Origin: Candidatus Hadarchaeota archaeon
GTDB taxonomy: Archaea > CAYQAE01 > CAYVLA01
Assembly (NCBI GenBank): GCA_964452145.1
Contig: CAYVLA010000064.1
Span: 1-18,525 of the forward strand
Length of the DNA stretch: 18,525 nucleotides
Direction: 5' to 3'
The notes under the pieces were generated by a model, which was not told the DNA's origin, did no database searches, and worked only from the letters and a program-made list of their open reading frames with translations. Numbering within the stretch: position 1 is the first letter of the stretch; every line of letters starts with the position of its first letter. Position numbers and translations under genes: made by a program. Shown piece after piece: positions 1-8,201 of this stretch.

Positions 1-2
1 GC

Positions 3-881
3 GGTGGGCAGTGCAGATTCAGGTCGATTAAGGCCTGCGAGCCCTGCGATGCATGCCTGGGCCCGATCGTGACCCCGGATGTGGACGCGATCGCCGAAAG
101 ACTCGGCTTGAGCGACGATGAGAAAGCTGAGCTGGAGGCTCTGGTGGCCGAGATTGAAGAACTGAGGGTCGAGCTGCGAGAGAAGATGGACGAGATCTGG
201 TCGATCATCAGGGACAAAGTGGAGGAAAAGCTTGCAGAAATGCGTGAGAGGTGTCAGCCGATCTGCGACAGGATTCAGGAGATCATCGCGTCGATCAGGC
301 AGCTTCAGTCCCAGCTGAAGGACGCCATCCAAGCCGAGGATCGGGACAGGATCGATGAGCTGAAGTCCTTGATCCAAGGGGAAAGGGACAAGCTTGCGCA
401 GGCCTGCGAGGAACTCAGGCAAGCAGGGTGCTGCCAAGCCGGGTGGATGGCGGTTCGGATACCCGAGCGCACGGCCGGCGAGGCTGGGCAGGACATCTGC
501 CCGCGTGTAGTTGAGAAGCCGCCGGTGAGACCGGCAAGTGCCGCAAAGAGAGTGGTCTCTGCCATCAAGGGAATGAGGGATCCCACCGTTGTGTGGCCGG
601 CTTGTGTGATCCCCTTCGATGTTGAGGGCCGACCTCCTGGCAAGGCCGTTGCAGATCGACTGAGCCAGTGGTGGAACGGCCTTTCCGCAGAGGAGAGGCA
701 GGAGCTCAGGGAAATGGGCCAGGAAGCTTGGCGGATCAGAGAGGATATCAGATCTGCTTTCTGCCAAGAGGACCCGGACTTCGCCAAGATCGGGGACGAC
801 ATAGCCGAACTGCTCCAGGATCTGTACAACTTCGTGAAGGAGAATGGCCTTGCTCTTCCCTTCTGTGCTGAAACGGGCTGA
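3..881 (+). CDS. 5'-truncated Cys-rich coiled-coil protein with Spy/CpxP/ZraP-like helical repeats (hypothetical)
   Basis: The frame of ORF 69..881 has no stop back to position 3 (GGQCRFRSIKACEPCDACLGPIVTPD...), so the gene starts before the window. It has heptad-rich acidic helices and two related units, LGLSDDEKAELEAL and NGLSAEERQELREM. Confidence 0.7.
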   Translation, partial: GGQCRFRSIKACEPCDACLGPIVTPDVDAIAERLGLSDDEKAELEALVAEIEELRVELREKMDEIWSIIRDKVEEKLAEMRERCQPICDRIQEIIASIRQLQSQLKDAIQAEDRDRIDELKSLIQGERDKLAQACEELRQAGCCQAGWMAVRIPERTAGEAGQDICPRVVEKPPVRPASAAKRVVSAIKGMRDPTVVWPACVIPFDVEGRPPGKAVADRLSQWWNGLSAEERQELREMGQEAWRIREDIRSAFCQEDPDFAKIGDDIAELLQDLYNFVKENGLALPFCAETG

Positions 882-910
882 AGTGAGAGCAATCAGGGCG
901 ATGGTGTGAG

Positions 911-1606
911 ATGATTTCGCAGCGGACCACTGCACTGCTGGTCTTCGTTTTCGTCCTCGTCATCGGGTCAGTGGCCGCCATCAGGTTGACCCGGACCATC
1001 AGGGAGAGGAGATTGCAGAGACTTGGAGACGATCCGGCGACCTTTCTGAGCGACTACTCCAGGGCCGACAGCACCAAGAGCATAGCGGGCGCGCCGGGGG
1101 TCGCCTTTAGACAGGACGGGGAGATGTCTTATGCCCCCGATTCGGTCGTGGATGTCAAGCTTTTCCTCGTCAACAGAAACTCGCCCAACGTACATTTGGT
1201 CAGAAGGATTCTGGAGGATGCGCCGTACAGGGTTTTCAGGACGGCGGTTCAGAGAATGGAAGCAAAGGCGGAGGGCCTTGTCACAATAGACGGCAGGCAT
1301 TTCATAGTCCGTGCTGTGAGGCTGGATGAGGGTTCTCCGAAGGCTGATCTGCTGGATGCGGCGGGTTCTAAGGTGGGAACGATCCAACTCAGAGTCGAGA
1401 GCGAGAATGTGGTTCAGGGCACCATCGAACTGACCCAGCAGGATAGGATCGTCACATACGATGTCTTCATCGCCAGGAACCATCCGAACGCCAGCAACCT
1501 CTATCAGGCGGCGCGGGCCGCCGGGCCAATGAGCAGGGCTCAGGCGCTTGTGATCGTGAAGAACTCATACAACGCGACGGCGCGCGGGATGGCCGGCGTC
1601 GGCTGA
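911..1606 (+). CDS. Membrane-anchored hypothetical protein (N-terminal TM, beta-rich soluble domain)
   Basis: ATG is preceded by SD-like GGTG and lies 29 nt after the upstream stop. Hydrophobic segment ALLVFVFVLVIGSVAAI is followed by an Arg-rich patch. Confidence 0.75.
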   Translation: MISQRTTALLVFVFVLVIGSVAAIRLTRTIRERRLQRLGDDPATFLSDYSRADSTKSIAGAPGVAFRQDGEMSYAPDSVVDVKLFLVNRNSPNVHLVRRILEDAPYRVFRTAVQRMEAKAEGLVTIDGRHFIVRAVRLDEGSPKADLLDAAGSKVGTIQLRVESENVVQGTIELTQQDRIVTYDVFIARNHPNASNLYQAARAAGPMSRAQALVIVKNSYNATARGMAGVG

Positions 1607-1629
1607 TTCGCCATGCGGCCGAGTGGCAC

Positions 1630-1640
1630 AATCTTTAAGC
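1630..1640 (+). promoter_or_regulatory. Archaeal TATA-like box for hisH-hisF
   Basis: AATCTTTAAGC; TTTAAG at 1634-1639 lies 29-34 nt before ATG 1668 in GC-rich context. Confidence 0.55.
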
Positions 1641-1667
1641 TCACGGGGCATCTTGTTCAGTTCCTCT

Positions 1668-2276
1668 ATGAGGAATCCCACCATCGGAATCCTTGACTGT
1701 GGATCGGGCAATCTGCGGAGCGTGGCCAAGGCAATAGCCAGGGAGAAGGGCCTTCCTGAGGTATCCCGAGCTGTGGATCACGGATGGGATGGCTTAGTGC
1801 TTCCGGGGGTTGGCGCCTTCGGCCACACAATGAAAGCGATCGGGGCAGAGTTAGAGGATATTCTCAAATTCGTATCCGAGGGGAAGCCATTCCTTGGAAT
1901 ATGCCTGGGCCTTCAGATACTGTTTGAATACAGCGATGAAAGCCCGGGACAACCGGGTCTGTCGGTCATGAGGGGCAAGGTCGTCAAGATAATCGGGCGT
2001 AAGGTTCCCCACATGGGGTGGAACTCCCTCGACATCACCAAGCGATCCTCCCTGCTGGATGATGTGCACCAAGGGGATTTCTTCTACTTTGTCCATTCCT
2101 ATGCCGCGATGCCCGATGAAGACGTCACGGTTGCGACGTGTGAGTACGAGGGACGCCCTTTGACCGCGGTTGTGGAGCGTGGAAGGGTCTACGCATGTCA
2201 GTTCCACCCCGAGAAGAGCGGAGCCGTTGGTTTGAGAATCATAGGGAACTTCGTCAGAATCTGCGCGGGTGGTTAG
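1668..2276 (+). CDS. hisH: Imidazole glycerol phosphate synthase, glutaminase subunit HisH
   Basis: Motifs IGILDCGSGNLRSV, LVLPGVGAF, LGICLGLQ (nucleophile Cys), KVPHMGWN, FYFVHSY and QFHPEKSG. Start set at ATG 1668, downstream of the TATA-like box, rather than GTG 1623. Confidence 0.97.
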   Translation: MRNPTIGILDCGSGNLRSVAKAIAREKGLPEVSRAVDHGWDGLVLPGVGAFGHTMKAIGAELEDILKFVSEGKPFLGICLGLQILFEYSDESPGQPGLSVMRGKVVKIIGRKVPHMGWNSLDITKRSSLLDDVHQGDFFYFVHSYAAMPDEDVTVATCEYEGRPLTAVVERGRVYACQFHPEKSGAVGLRIIGNFVRICAGG

Positions 2277-3107
2277 TTGCCCATTGCCAAGAGGATCATT
2301 CCGTGTCTTGATTGCGACCTGGCGGTTCCTCAGGGCAGGGTGATAAAGGGGATCAGGTTCAAGGAGCACGTCTATGCCGGCGATCCTGCCGACAGAGCCC
2401 GCATCTACGAAGAGCAGGGCGCCGATGAGATAGTGTTCCTGGATGTGACCGCCTCCCATGAGAGAAGGGAGACGATGGCCAACGTTGTGAAGAGAACGAC
2501 CGATCAGGTCTTCATCCCGGTCACCGTCGGGGGCGGAATCAGACGGGTCGAGGACTTCGTCAAGATGCTCAGGGCCGGGGCGGATAAGTGCTCCGCCACC
2601 ACCCATGTGCTGGAGAACCCTGAGTTGATAACAGAGGCGGCGGAGGTCGTTGGATCGCAGGCCGTGGTTGTCTCCATAGATGCGCAGAGACACCCGGCTG
2701 ACTCGAGATCGGTCGGCAGAACCGTCATCGACACCCCCCTGGGCCCCTCATGGTACGAGTGCTGGGCGTACGGGGGCCGCGAGGGAACGGGCGTGGATGC
2801 CATATCATGGGCTCTGGAGGCCCAGGAAAGGGGGGCGGGCGAGATCCTGCTGAATAGCATCGAGATGGACGGGATGCAAGGCGGGTACGACTGCTCGCTG
2901 ATCCGAGCCGTTTCGGAGAGGATGCATATCCCGGTGATAGCCTCGGGTGGATGCGGGGCTCCCGAACATTTCCTGGATGCCTTCAACACGGGAAAGGCCG
3001 ACGCTGCACTGGCAGCAAGCATCTTTCACTTTGGCACCTACACCATTGGGCAGGTCAAGGCGTACCTTGCTCGGCATGGCGTGCCGGTCAGGCCGGCCCC
3101 CAGATGA
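2277..3107 (+). CDS. hisF: Imidazole glycerol phosphate synthase, cyclase subunit HisF
   Basis: Motifs [53 protein letters not shown] and [11 protein letters not shown]. The TTG start directly abuts the hisH stop. Confidence 0.97.
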   Translation: MPIAKRIIPCLDCDLAVPQGRVIKGIRFKEHVYAGDPADRARIYEEQGADEIVFLDVTASHERRETMANVVKRTTDQVFIPVTVGGGIRRVEDFVKMLRAGADKCSATTHVLENPELITEAAEVVGSQAVVVSIDAQRHPADSRSVGRTVIDTPLGPSWYECWAYGGREGTGVDAISWALEAQERGAGEILLNSIEMDGMQGGYDCSLIRAVSERMHIPVIASGGCGAPEHFLDAFNTGKADAALAASIFHFGTYTIGQVKAYLARHGVPVRPAPR

Positions 3108-3126
3108 TACAGAGGGTCATGAGGGC

Positions 3127-4266
3127 TTAGCCCTTGACCGAATCGATGAAATCTTTGAAGAGGAAGTTGGCATCCAGTGGCCCGGGGGTCGCTTCGGGAT
3201 GGAACTGGGTCGTCAGAATCCTGAAGTCCTGGTGCACGAGGCCCTCTATGCTACCGTCGTTCAGGTTCGTCATCGTTACGTTCAGGCCCGTATTGCCCAG
3301 GCTCTCAGGATCTATGGCAAACCCGTGGTTCTGGGTGGTTATGTAGACTTTGTTGCGTTGCCTGTCCTTGACCGGATGGTTTCCGCCTCTGTGACCGAAC
3401 TTGAGCTTGAACCTTGATGCTCCCAGCGCCAGGGCCGTGAGTTGGTGTCCTAGACATATGTTCATCATGGGCAGATCGGGCGCGAGGCGGCGGATGACCT
3501 CCTGCGGCTCCTTTATCCTGAGAGGATCGCCCGGCCCGTTGCTCACAACTAGGAAGTCGGGTTCGTAGAAGGCCACCTGATCGGCCGTCGAGTTAAACGG
3601 AAGGGCCACGATGTCTGCGCCCCTTTGCGCGACGTGGCGCAAGATGCTCCTCTTCATTCCACAGTCGATGATCGCACACCTCAGGTTCGCCCCGAGACGC
3701 TCGGGGCCCCCGACCTCGACGCAGCCGTCTGATTGAAAGAAGCGAGGCCTCTGGGTTGACGCCAGATGCACAAAGTCAAAATCCGAGTACGGTGGCCTTT
3801 CACGGGCTTCTTCGAGCAGGTCCTCGGTATCGATCGTCCCGCTGGACACCTCCAGGGCAGCGTTCATTGCGCCTTGGTCCCTGATCTTGATTGTAATCTC
3901 CCTGGTGTCTACGTCCTGCAAGCCGGGCACGCCGAACTCCTTGAGGAATTCGTGGATTGTCTTAACCGAGTGGCGGTGGCTAGGCATCTCGCAGGCCTCC
4001 CTCACGACGAGGCCCTCCGGCCTTATGCGGTCCGATTCGAATCTCTCAGGATGGGCCAATGGATCTGCAACGCCGTAGTTACCGATGAGAGGATAGGTCA
4101 TATTCAGGATATGTCCGATGAAACTCGGGTCGGTAAGGGTCTCCTCGTAGCCCGTCATGGCCGTATCGAAGACCAGCTCGCCCGACACCCTGCCAGGCGC
4201 GCCGAATCCCTTGCCGACATAGATGGATCCGTCTGCAAGGGCCAGGGCGCCTCTGAGCCTCGCCAT
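3127..4266 (-). CDS. carA: Carbamoyl-phosphate synthase small subunit (glutaminase)
   Basis: Motifs LALADGS, GELVFDTAMTGYEETLTDPSF, TYPLIGNYG, VDTREIT, SNGPGDP, ICLGHQ, KLKFGHRGGNHPV, TTQNHGF and QFHPEATPGP. ATG 4266 is preceded by GGTGGAG. Confidence 0.97.
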   Translation of the reverse strand: MARLRGALALADGSIYVGKGFGAPGRVSGELVFDTAMTGYEETLTDPSFIGHILNMTYPLIGNYGVADPLAHPERFESDRIRPEGLVVREACEMPSHRHSVKTIHEFLKEFGVPGLQDVDTREITIKIRDQGAMNAALEVSSGTIDTEDLLEEARERPPYSDFDFVHLASTQRPRFFQSDGCVEVGGPERLGANLRCAIIDCGMKRSILRHVAQRGADIVALPFNSTADQVAFYEPDFLVVSNGPGDPLRIKEPQEVIRRLAPDLPMMNICLGHQLTALALGASRFKLKFGHRGGNHPVKDRQRNKVYITTQNHGFAIDPESLGNTGLNVTMTNLNDGSIEGLVHQDFRILTTQFHPEATPGPLDANFLFKDFIDSVKG

Positions 4267-4293
4267 TCTCTCCACCGTTCGGCGGACGGTCAG

Positions 4294-4310
4294 TGGCCGA
4301 TCGCTTATTT
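4294..4310 (-). promoter_or_regulatory. BRE/TATA-like element for carA
   Basis: Minus strand reads GAAAAGACAAATAAG; AAATAA lies 29-34 nt before ATG 4266. Confidence 0.4.
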
Positions 4311-4333
4311 GTCTTTTCTGCTTCGCTGCTTCG

Positions 4334-4375
4334 GCCGCCTTCCACGGACAGACGCATCCTCTGTCCGCAAGCGGC
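4334..4375 (-). repeat. Imperfect inverted repeat (16-bp hairpin) in the carA upstream gap
   Basis: Minus strand GCCGCTT-GCGGACAGA-(GGATGCG)-TCTGTCCGT-GGA-AGGCGGC gives 7 + 9 bp with two G-U pairs that form only on the minus strand. Confidence 0.65.
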
Positions 4376-4463
4376 GGGAAGAGGTCGCCGAGCCAGCGCG
4401 GTGAACGGTGGGGCGACTGATCGGAGCAGTGCCACAGCCTCCTAGCCGGGGGGAGGAGGAAGC

Positions 4464-4478
4464 TAATCTTTTTATCAG
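4464..4478 (+). promoter_or_regulatory. TATA-like box for the 75-aa gene
   Basis: AATCTTTTTATCAG; TTTTTAT at 4469-4475 lies 24-30 nt before GTG 4499, which is leaderless spacing. Confidence 0.55.
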
Positions 4479-4498
4479 TTCGGCGCTCTGTCAACGAC

Positions 4499-4726
4499 GT
4501 GAAGACCTACCTACTCGTCTTTCACTCAAGCGAAGGTGCAACCCCATCGGAGGTCGTAGAACGAATAAAGTCGGTGGGATTCAAGGTCATGAAGGGATAC
4601 TACGACTTCGTCTATGAATGGAGAGAGCAGCAGAGCATAGATGAGGTCGTGAAGATAGCCGACGTGCTTCACAGCGTGCTGAAGGGGACGGGGACCAGCT
4701 TCAAGCTGGAGACGACTCCGGACTAG
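4499..4726 (+). CDS. Small hypothetical protein, 75 aa, alpha/beta
   Basis: Globular pattern MKTYL..HSSEGATPSEVVERIKSVGF..KGYYDFVYEW..LKGTGTSFKLET resembles a small archaeal family as I recall it. It has its own TATA-like box. Confidence 0.8.
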   Translation: MKTYLLVFHSSEGATPSEVVERIKSVGFKVMKGYYDFVYEWREQQSIDEVVKIADVLHSVLKGTGTSFKLETTPD

Positions 4727-5363
4727 TTCGAATCCGGCAGTCCATGATTTCCAGCATCTTCTTGGCTTTCGAACTGCCCACACCCTTCACCCTAGAAAGC
4801 GAATCCTCGGAAGCTTGGAGAATCGACCGAAGGCTTCCGAATTCCGCTAGGAGCCTTTCCGAGAGGACCGGCCCGATGCCAGGAAATGACTCAAGTATGA
4901 GTAGGATGCTCTCGCTATCGCTTCTCTTCTTCCCCCCCGGCCTCAGACGGGGCGGGGGAGGCGAACTACCGGACTTCTCGGTCATCAGCGAGATGAGCAA
5001 TGCCGACGTGGGCATGTCGGGCGTCTGGAGGAGTCCCATGGAGCCCGAAATGATAAGCCGGGAAAGATACCCGTAGAAGGACTTGATGTTGAGGATCCTG
5101 CGGCAGTTCTCAGGCCGTCCTTCGACGAGCAGAAAGGGGTTCGCAAAGGATCGGGTGAGAAGTTGGAGCTGGTAACCCAGCCTCCCGGAGTACATGGACG
5201 ACAGGAAATCCTGCACCGTCTTGCGCTCAATGCAGATCGAAGGCGACAGCACATAGTCCCCAGCCGAAAGGCACGATACGGTGACCTGAATACCGAGCTT
5301 CAGCAGGGCTCGCCTCATTTCCGTGGGCTCGTAGAGATCCATCAACACGCCGGAACCGCTCAA
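4701..5363 (-). CDS. xpf: XPF/ERCC4-type structure-specific endonuclease, short archaeal form (ERCC4 + tandem HhH)
   Basis: ERCC4 signature GDYVL...IERKTVQDFLSSMYSGRLGYQ and LLVEG. HhH motifs FPGIGPVLSERLL and VKGVGSSKAKKM. TTG start uncertain. Confidence 0.9.
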   Translation of the reverse strand: MSGSGVLMDLYEPTEMRRALLKLGIQVTVSCLSAGDYVLSPSICIERKTVQDFLSSMYSGRLGYQLQLLTRSFANPFLLVEGRPENCRRILNIKSFYGYLSRLIISGSMGLLQTPDMPTSALLISLMTEKSGSSPPPPRLRPGGKKRSDSESILLILESFPGIGPVLSERLLAEFGSLRSILQASEDSLSRVKGVGSSKAKKMLEIMDCRIRTSPESSPA

Positions 5364-5425
5364 GACGAGCTTTGCCCTTCCTCGGAATAACTCATAGAGG
5401 TCTCCAACGCCCAGCTGATCTGATC

Positions 5426-5438
5426 CATAAAGGGTTTT
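5426..5438 (-). promoter_or_regulatory. BRE/TATA-like element upstream of xpf
   Basis: Minus strand AAAACCCTTTATG matches the pattern seen before other genes in the window. Confidence 0.45.
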
Positions 5439-5544
5439 GATGAGCGACTCCGGGTAAAGAAAGGTCGACGGACGGCCGCTCCAGATACGGGCGATCGGGA
5501 TCGTGCTTGAAGCGAGGAACCATGAGCTGCAGAATCGCGATAGG

Positions 5545-5560
5545 TAACGGTTTTAAACAC
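5545..5560 (+). promoter_or_regulatory. TATA-like box for glutamate dehydrogenase
   Basis: TAACGGTTTTAAACAC lies about 35-40 nt before ATG 5593. Confidence 0.55.
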
Positions 5561-5592
5561 CTTCCTGTCACGAGGTGCCTGAGGGCAGTCAG

Positions 5593-6903
5593 ATGAACAT
5601 CGACATGCACAAGAACGATAGAAGCAAGATGGAGATGCTGATGCAGAGCGATGAGCCCCTCACTCGATCTGTTCAGATGATGTATGCTGCTGGTAGAAGG
5701 CTGTCGCTGGATGAGACTGTCGTGAGCGAACTCGTCAGTCCGCAGGAGGTGATCGTCTTCAGGGTGCCTTCCAAGACTCTGGGGAAAGTTGTGATTCACT
5801 GGGGATGCATGTCGTTGCACAACAATGCTCGCGGTCCCTACAAGGGAGGCATAAGGATCACGCCTGACGTCACTGTCTGGGAGACTATCGAGTTATCCAG
5901 ATTGATGACTTTGAAGACGGCCGTCAATGATGTGGAGTTCGGCGGAGGGAAGACCGGCATAAGGGTGGATATGCCCAGGATGTATGAGACCTTCGGCAGG
6001 GTGCCGCGGGATCATGACTTCGAGCGGATCATCCGCCTAGATGCCATCGAGTTCCTGAGCCACGAGTTCAAGGAGATCTTCTCGAGCCACAAGTATGTCC
6101 CAGCCCCCGATGTCGGAACGGGCGGGGATGAGATGGCCACCATATTCAACCAGACCATGGACCCCGCCTCGGTCACCGGGAAGCCCGCGGGCGTGCATGG
6201 CTGGTTGCCAGGGAGGGAAGAGGCGACGGGATGGGGCTGCTTCGAGGCGGGTAGAACAGTCCTCCGGAAGGTCTTCGAAAGAGAGCTCGATGGCGCGACG
6301 ATTGCGATCCAGGGCTTCGGGAACGTGGGCAGCTGGGCCGCCACCTACTTTCACCAATACGGTGCCAGGGTAGTCGCCGTAACCGACTCCAGAGGCGGGG
6401 CATACGCAAGGGAGGGATTGGACGTGCCAGCGCTTGTTGACCAGAAGAAACGGCTGGGAGTCGTTTCGGGGTTCGCCACTGAAATCGACAACCAAGCCCT
6501 CATAGGGCTTGAAGTCGACCTGCTCGTTCCGGCCGCCCTCGGCGATGCGCTGACCAAGAGCAACACTGCGCGCGTCAGGGCAAAGGCAATCGTGGAGGGG
6601 GCCAACATGCCCGTCACCTGCGAGGGGATGAAGATACTGGATGAGAAGAAGATCGTTGTTGTACCGGACATTATCGCCAACGCCGGCGGGGTCATAGCCT
6701 CCATGGAGGAGTATTCGGGTTCACTCTCTGCCATCAAACCCAAGAAGTCCCAGGTTCTTCAAGTGGTCAGCGAGAAGATCGCGACGAGCTTCGAGCAGTC
6801 CATGGAAGCGGCGGACGAGGAATCCATCACACTCGCCGAGTCTGCGGTCCAGATTGCCATGGAGAGGGTCTACGACGCCATGAACAAGAGAAGCTTCATC
6901 TGA
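5593..6903 (+). CDS. gdhA: Glu/Leu/Phe/Val dehydrogenase, probably glutamate dehydrogenase
   Basis: Motifs HNNARGPYKGGIR, LMTLKTA, FGGGKTG, VPAPDVGT, TGKP, GREEATG, IQGFGNVG, EGANMP and PDIIANAGGVIAS. The start could be GTG 5575, ATG 5593 or ATG 5605. Confidence 0.9.
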   Translation: MNIDMHKNDRSKMEMLMQSDEPLTRSVQMMYAAGRRLSLDETVVSELVSPQEVIVFRVPSKTLGKVVIHWGCMSLHNNARGPYKGGIRITPDVTVWETIELSRLMTLKTAVNDVEFGGGKTGIRVDMPRMYETFGRVPRDHDFERIIRLDAIEFLSHEFKEIFSSHKYVPAPDVGTGGDEMATIFNQTMDPASVTGKPAGVHGWLPGREEATGWGCFEAGRTVLRKVFERELDGATIAIQGFGNVGSWAATYFHQYGARVVAVTDSRGGAYAREGLDVPALVDQKKRLGVVSGFATEIDNQALIGLEVDLLVPAALGDALTKSNTARVRAKAIVEGANMPVTCEGMKILDEKKIVVVPDIIANAGGVIASMEEYSGSLSAIKPKKSQVLQVVSEKIATSFEQSMEAADEESITLAESAVQIAMERVYDAMNKRSFI

Positions 6904-6927
6904 TGTCCAATGCGGGTCCTCTCTCTT

Positions 6928-6953
6928 GAGAATCTGGAAGGGCAGATTTTTTT
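6928..6953 (+). terminator. Hairpin plus T7 tract after gdh (putative terminator; may double as the AKR promoter)
   Basis: AATCTG-GAAGGG-CAGATT running into TTTTTTT, 25-50 nt after the gdh stop. Confidence 0.5.
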
Positions 6954-6981
6954 GGGATGCCTCTGAAAGGGCCCTGATATC

Positions 6982-8082
6982 ATGAAATACAGGTCGCTCG
7001 GGAAGACTGGCATGAAGGTATCCGTCATCGGCTACGGAGCCATCAAGCTCTCTTCGGTGAGCCAGTCCGTCGCCACGGCCACGATCGGAAGGGCCTTGGA
7101 CCTCGGCGTCAACTTCATCGATACGGCGAGGTCCTACGGAGACAGCGAGAGGAAGATCGGCACGGCGACCGCGGGCAGAAGGGATGAATTCTTCATCGCC
7201 ACCAAGACCGGGGAGAGGACGGCCGAGGGGGCCAAAAGGGATCTGGTGAAGTCCCTCGATGAGCTCTCGATGGACAGCATAGACTTATGGCAGCTGCACA
7301 CGGTGAGCGACGCCGACTCATACCAGCGCGTCATGGGGCCCGGAGGAGCCTTCGAGACCGTTGAATGGGCCAAAGCGGAAGGACTCATCGATCACGCCGG
7401 CATAACGATCCATCGCGACCTCCGGGTCATGAGGGACGCCGTCAACTCCGGAGCCTTCGAGACCATTATGTTGGCCTACTCAATCATCGATCAGGAGGGT
7501 GTCGGTGACGAGATTCTTCCTCTTTGCGCCAGAAAGGGCATGGGCGTCATCGTAATGAAGCCTCTTTGCGGCGGAGATCTGGTTACGCCGAGGGAGGGCA
7601 ATCCAAGGGGGGAAGCCGATCTCATCGTGAGGGGCAACCTGCGGTACGTAATCTCCAACCCTGCCGTGACGACGGCGATACCCGGGATTCGGTCGGTGGA
7701 GGAAGTTGAGGAGAACTGCGCGATTGGCAATGCCGTAGCTCCACTGACCACTCAGGAGAAGCAGGATCTGCTGGAGTTAATCGGTTCACTTGGCTTATCC
7801 TTCAGATATGGCCAGGCCTGTCTTCGGTGTGGCTACTGCCAACCATGTCCCAACGGAGTTGAGATACCGGAGGTCTTCAGGGCGTTGGATCAGTACCAGG
7901 GCTACCCGGACAATCTGAAATGCATCGGGCTTGAGACCTACAGCTCCTTGAGCGTGGGGCCGGATGCCTGTGCGGAATGCGGGAAATGCCTCGAGAAGTG
8001 TCCGGCAAAGCTCGACATCCCCGCCAGACTGAAAGAGGCAAGGAGGATCCTAGGGGCGGCGTTGAGGCAGAGCAAGGGCTAG
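6982..8082 (+). CDS. Aldo/keto reductase with C-terminal 4Fe-4S dicluster domain
   Basis: Motifs MKYRSLGKTG, GVNFIDTARSYG, FIATK, IDLWQLH and MKPLCGG. C-terminal CLRCGYCQPCP and CAECGKCLEKCP. Confidence 0.93.
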   Translation: MKYRSLGKTGMKVSVIGYGAIKLSSVSQSVATATIGRALDLGVNFIDTARSYGDSERKIGTATAGRRDEFFIATKTGERTAEGAKRDLVKSLDELSMDSIDLWQLHTVSDADSYQRVMGPGGAFETVEWAKAEGLIDHAGITIHRDLRVMRDAVNSGAFETIMLAYSIIDQEGVGDEILPLCARKGMGVIVMKPLCGGDLVTPREGNPRGEADLIVRGNLRYVISNPAVTTAIPGIRSVEEVEENCAIGNAVAPLTTQEKQDLLELIGSLGLSFRYGQACLRCGYCQPCPNGVEIPEVFRALDQYQGYPDNLKCIGLETYSSLSVGPDACAECGKCLEKCPAKLDIPARLKEARRILGAALRQSKG

Positions 8083-8123
8083 ATGCAATTGGGCCTTTCA
8101 GGGTCTTCCGGGCCTCTCTGAGA

Positions 8124-8184
8124 GGTGGGTCCAGCGTTCTTGGCTCTCGCAGCTCATCAACAAGAACGCGTGGGTCAGCCCACC
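8124..8184. repeat. Nested inverted repeats between convergent genes
   Basis: Perfect 9-bp GCGTTCTTG (8134-8142)/CAAGAACGC (8161-8169), enclosed by GGTGGGT (8124-8130)/GCCCACC (8178-8184). Confidence 0.65.
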
Positions 8185-8201
8185 CGACCGGCCGTCGCAG
8201 G

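Noticed and set aside
4267..4494. 76-aa N-terminal extension of carA and ORF 4079..4435
   Set aside because: CarA homology begins at MARLRGALAL, which has an SD. The other ORF overlaps carA out of frame and has no recognisable motif.
4718..4740. GTTCGAATCC resembling a tRNA T-loop
   Set aside because: The flanks do not form a T-stem, there is no cloverleaf, and it lies inside coding sequence.
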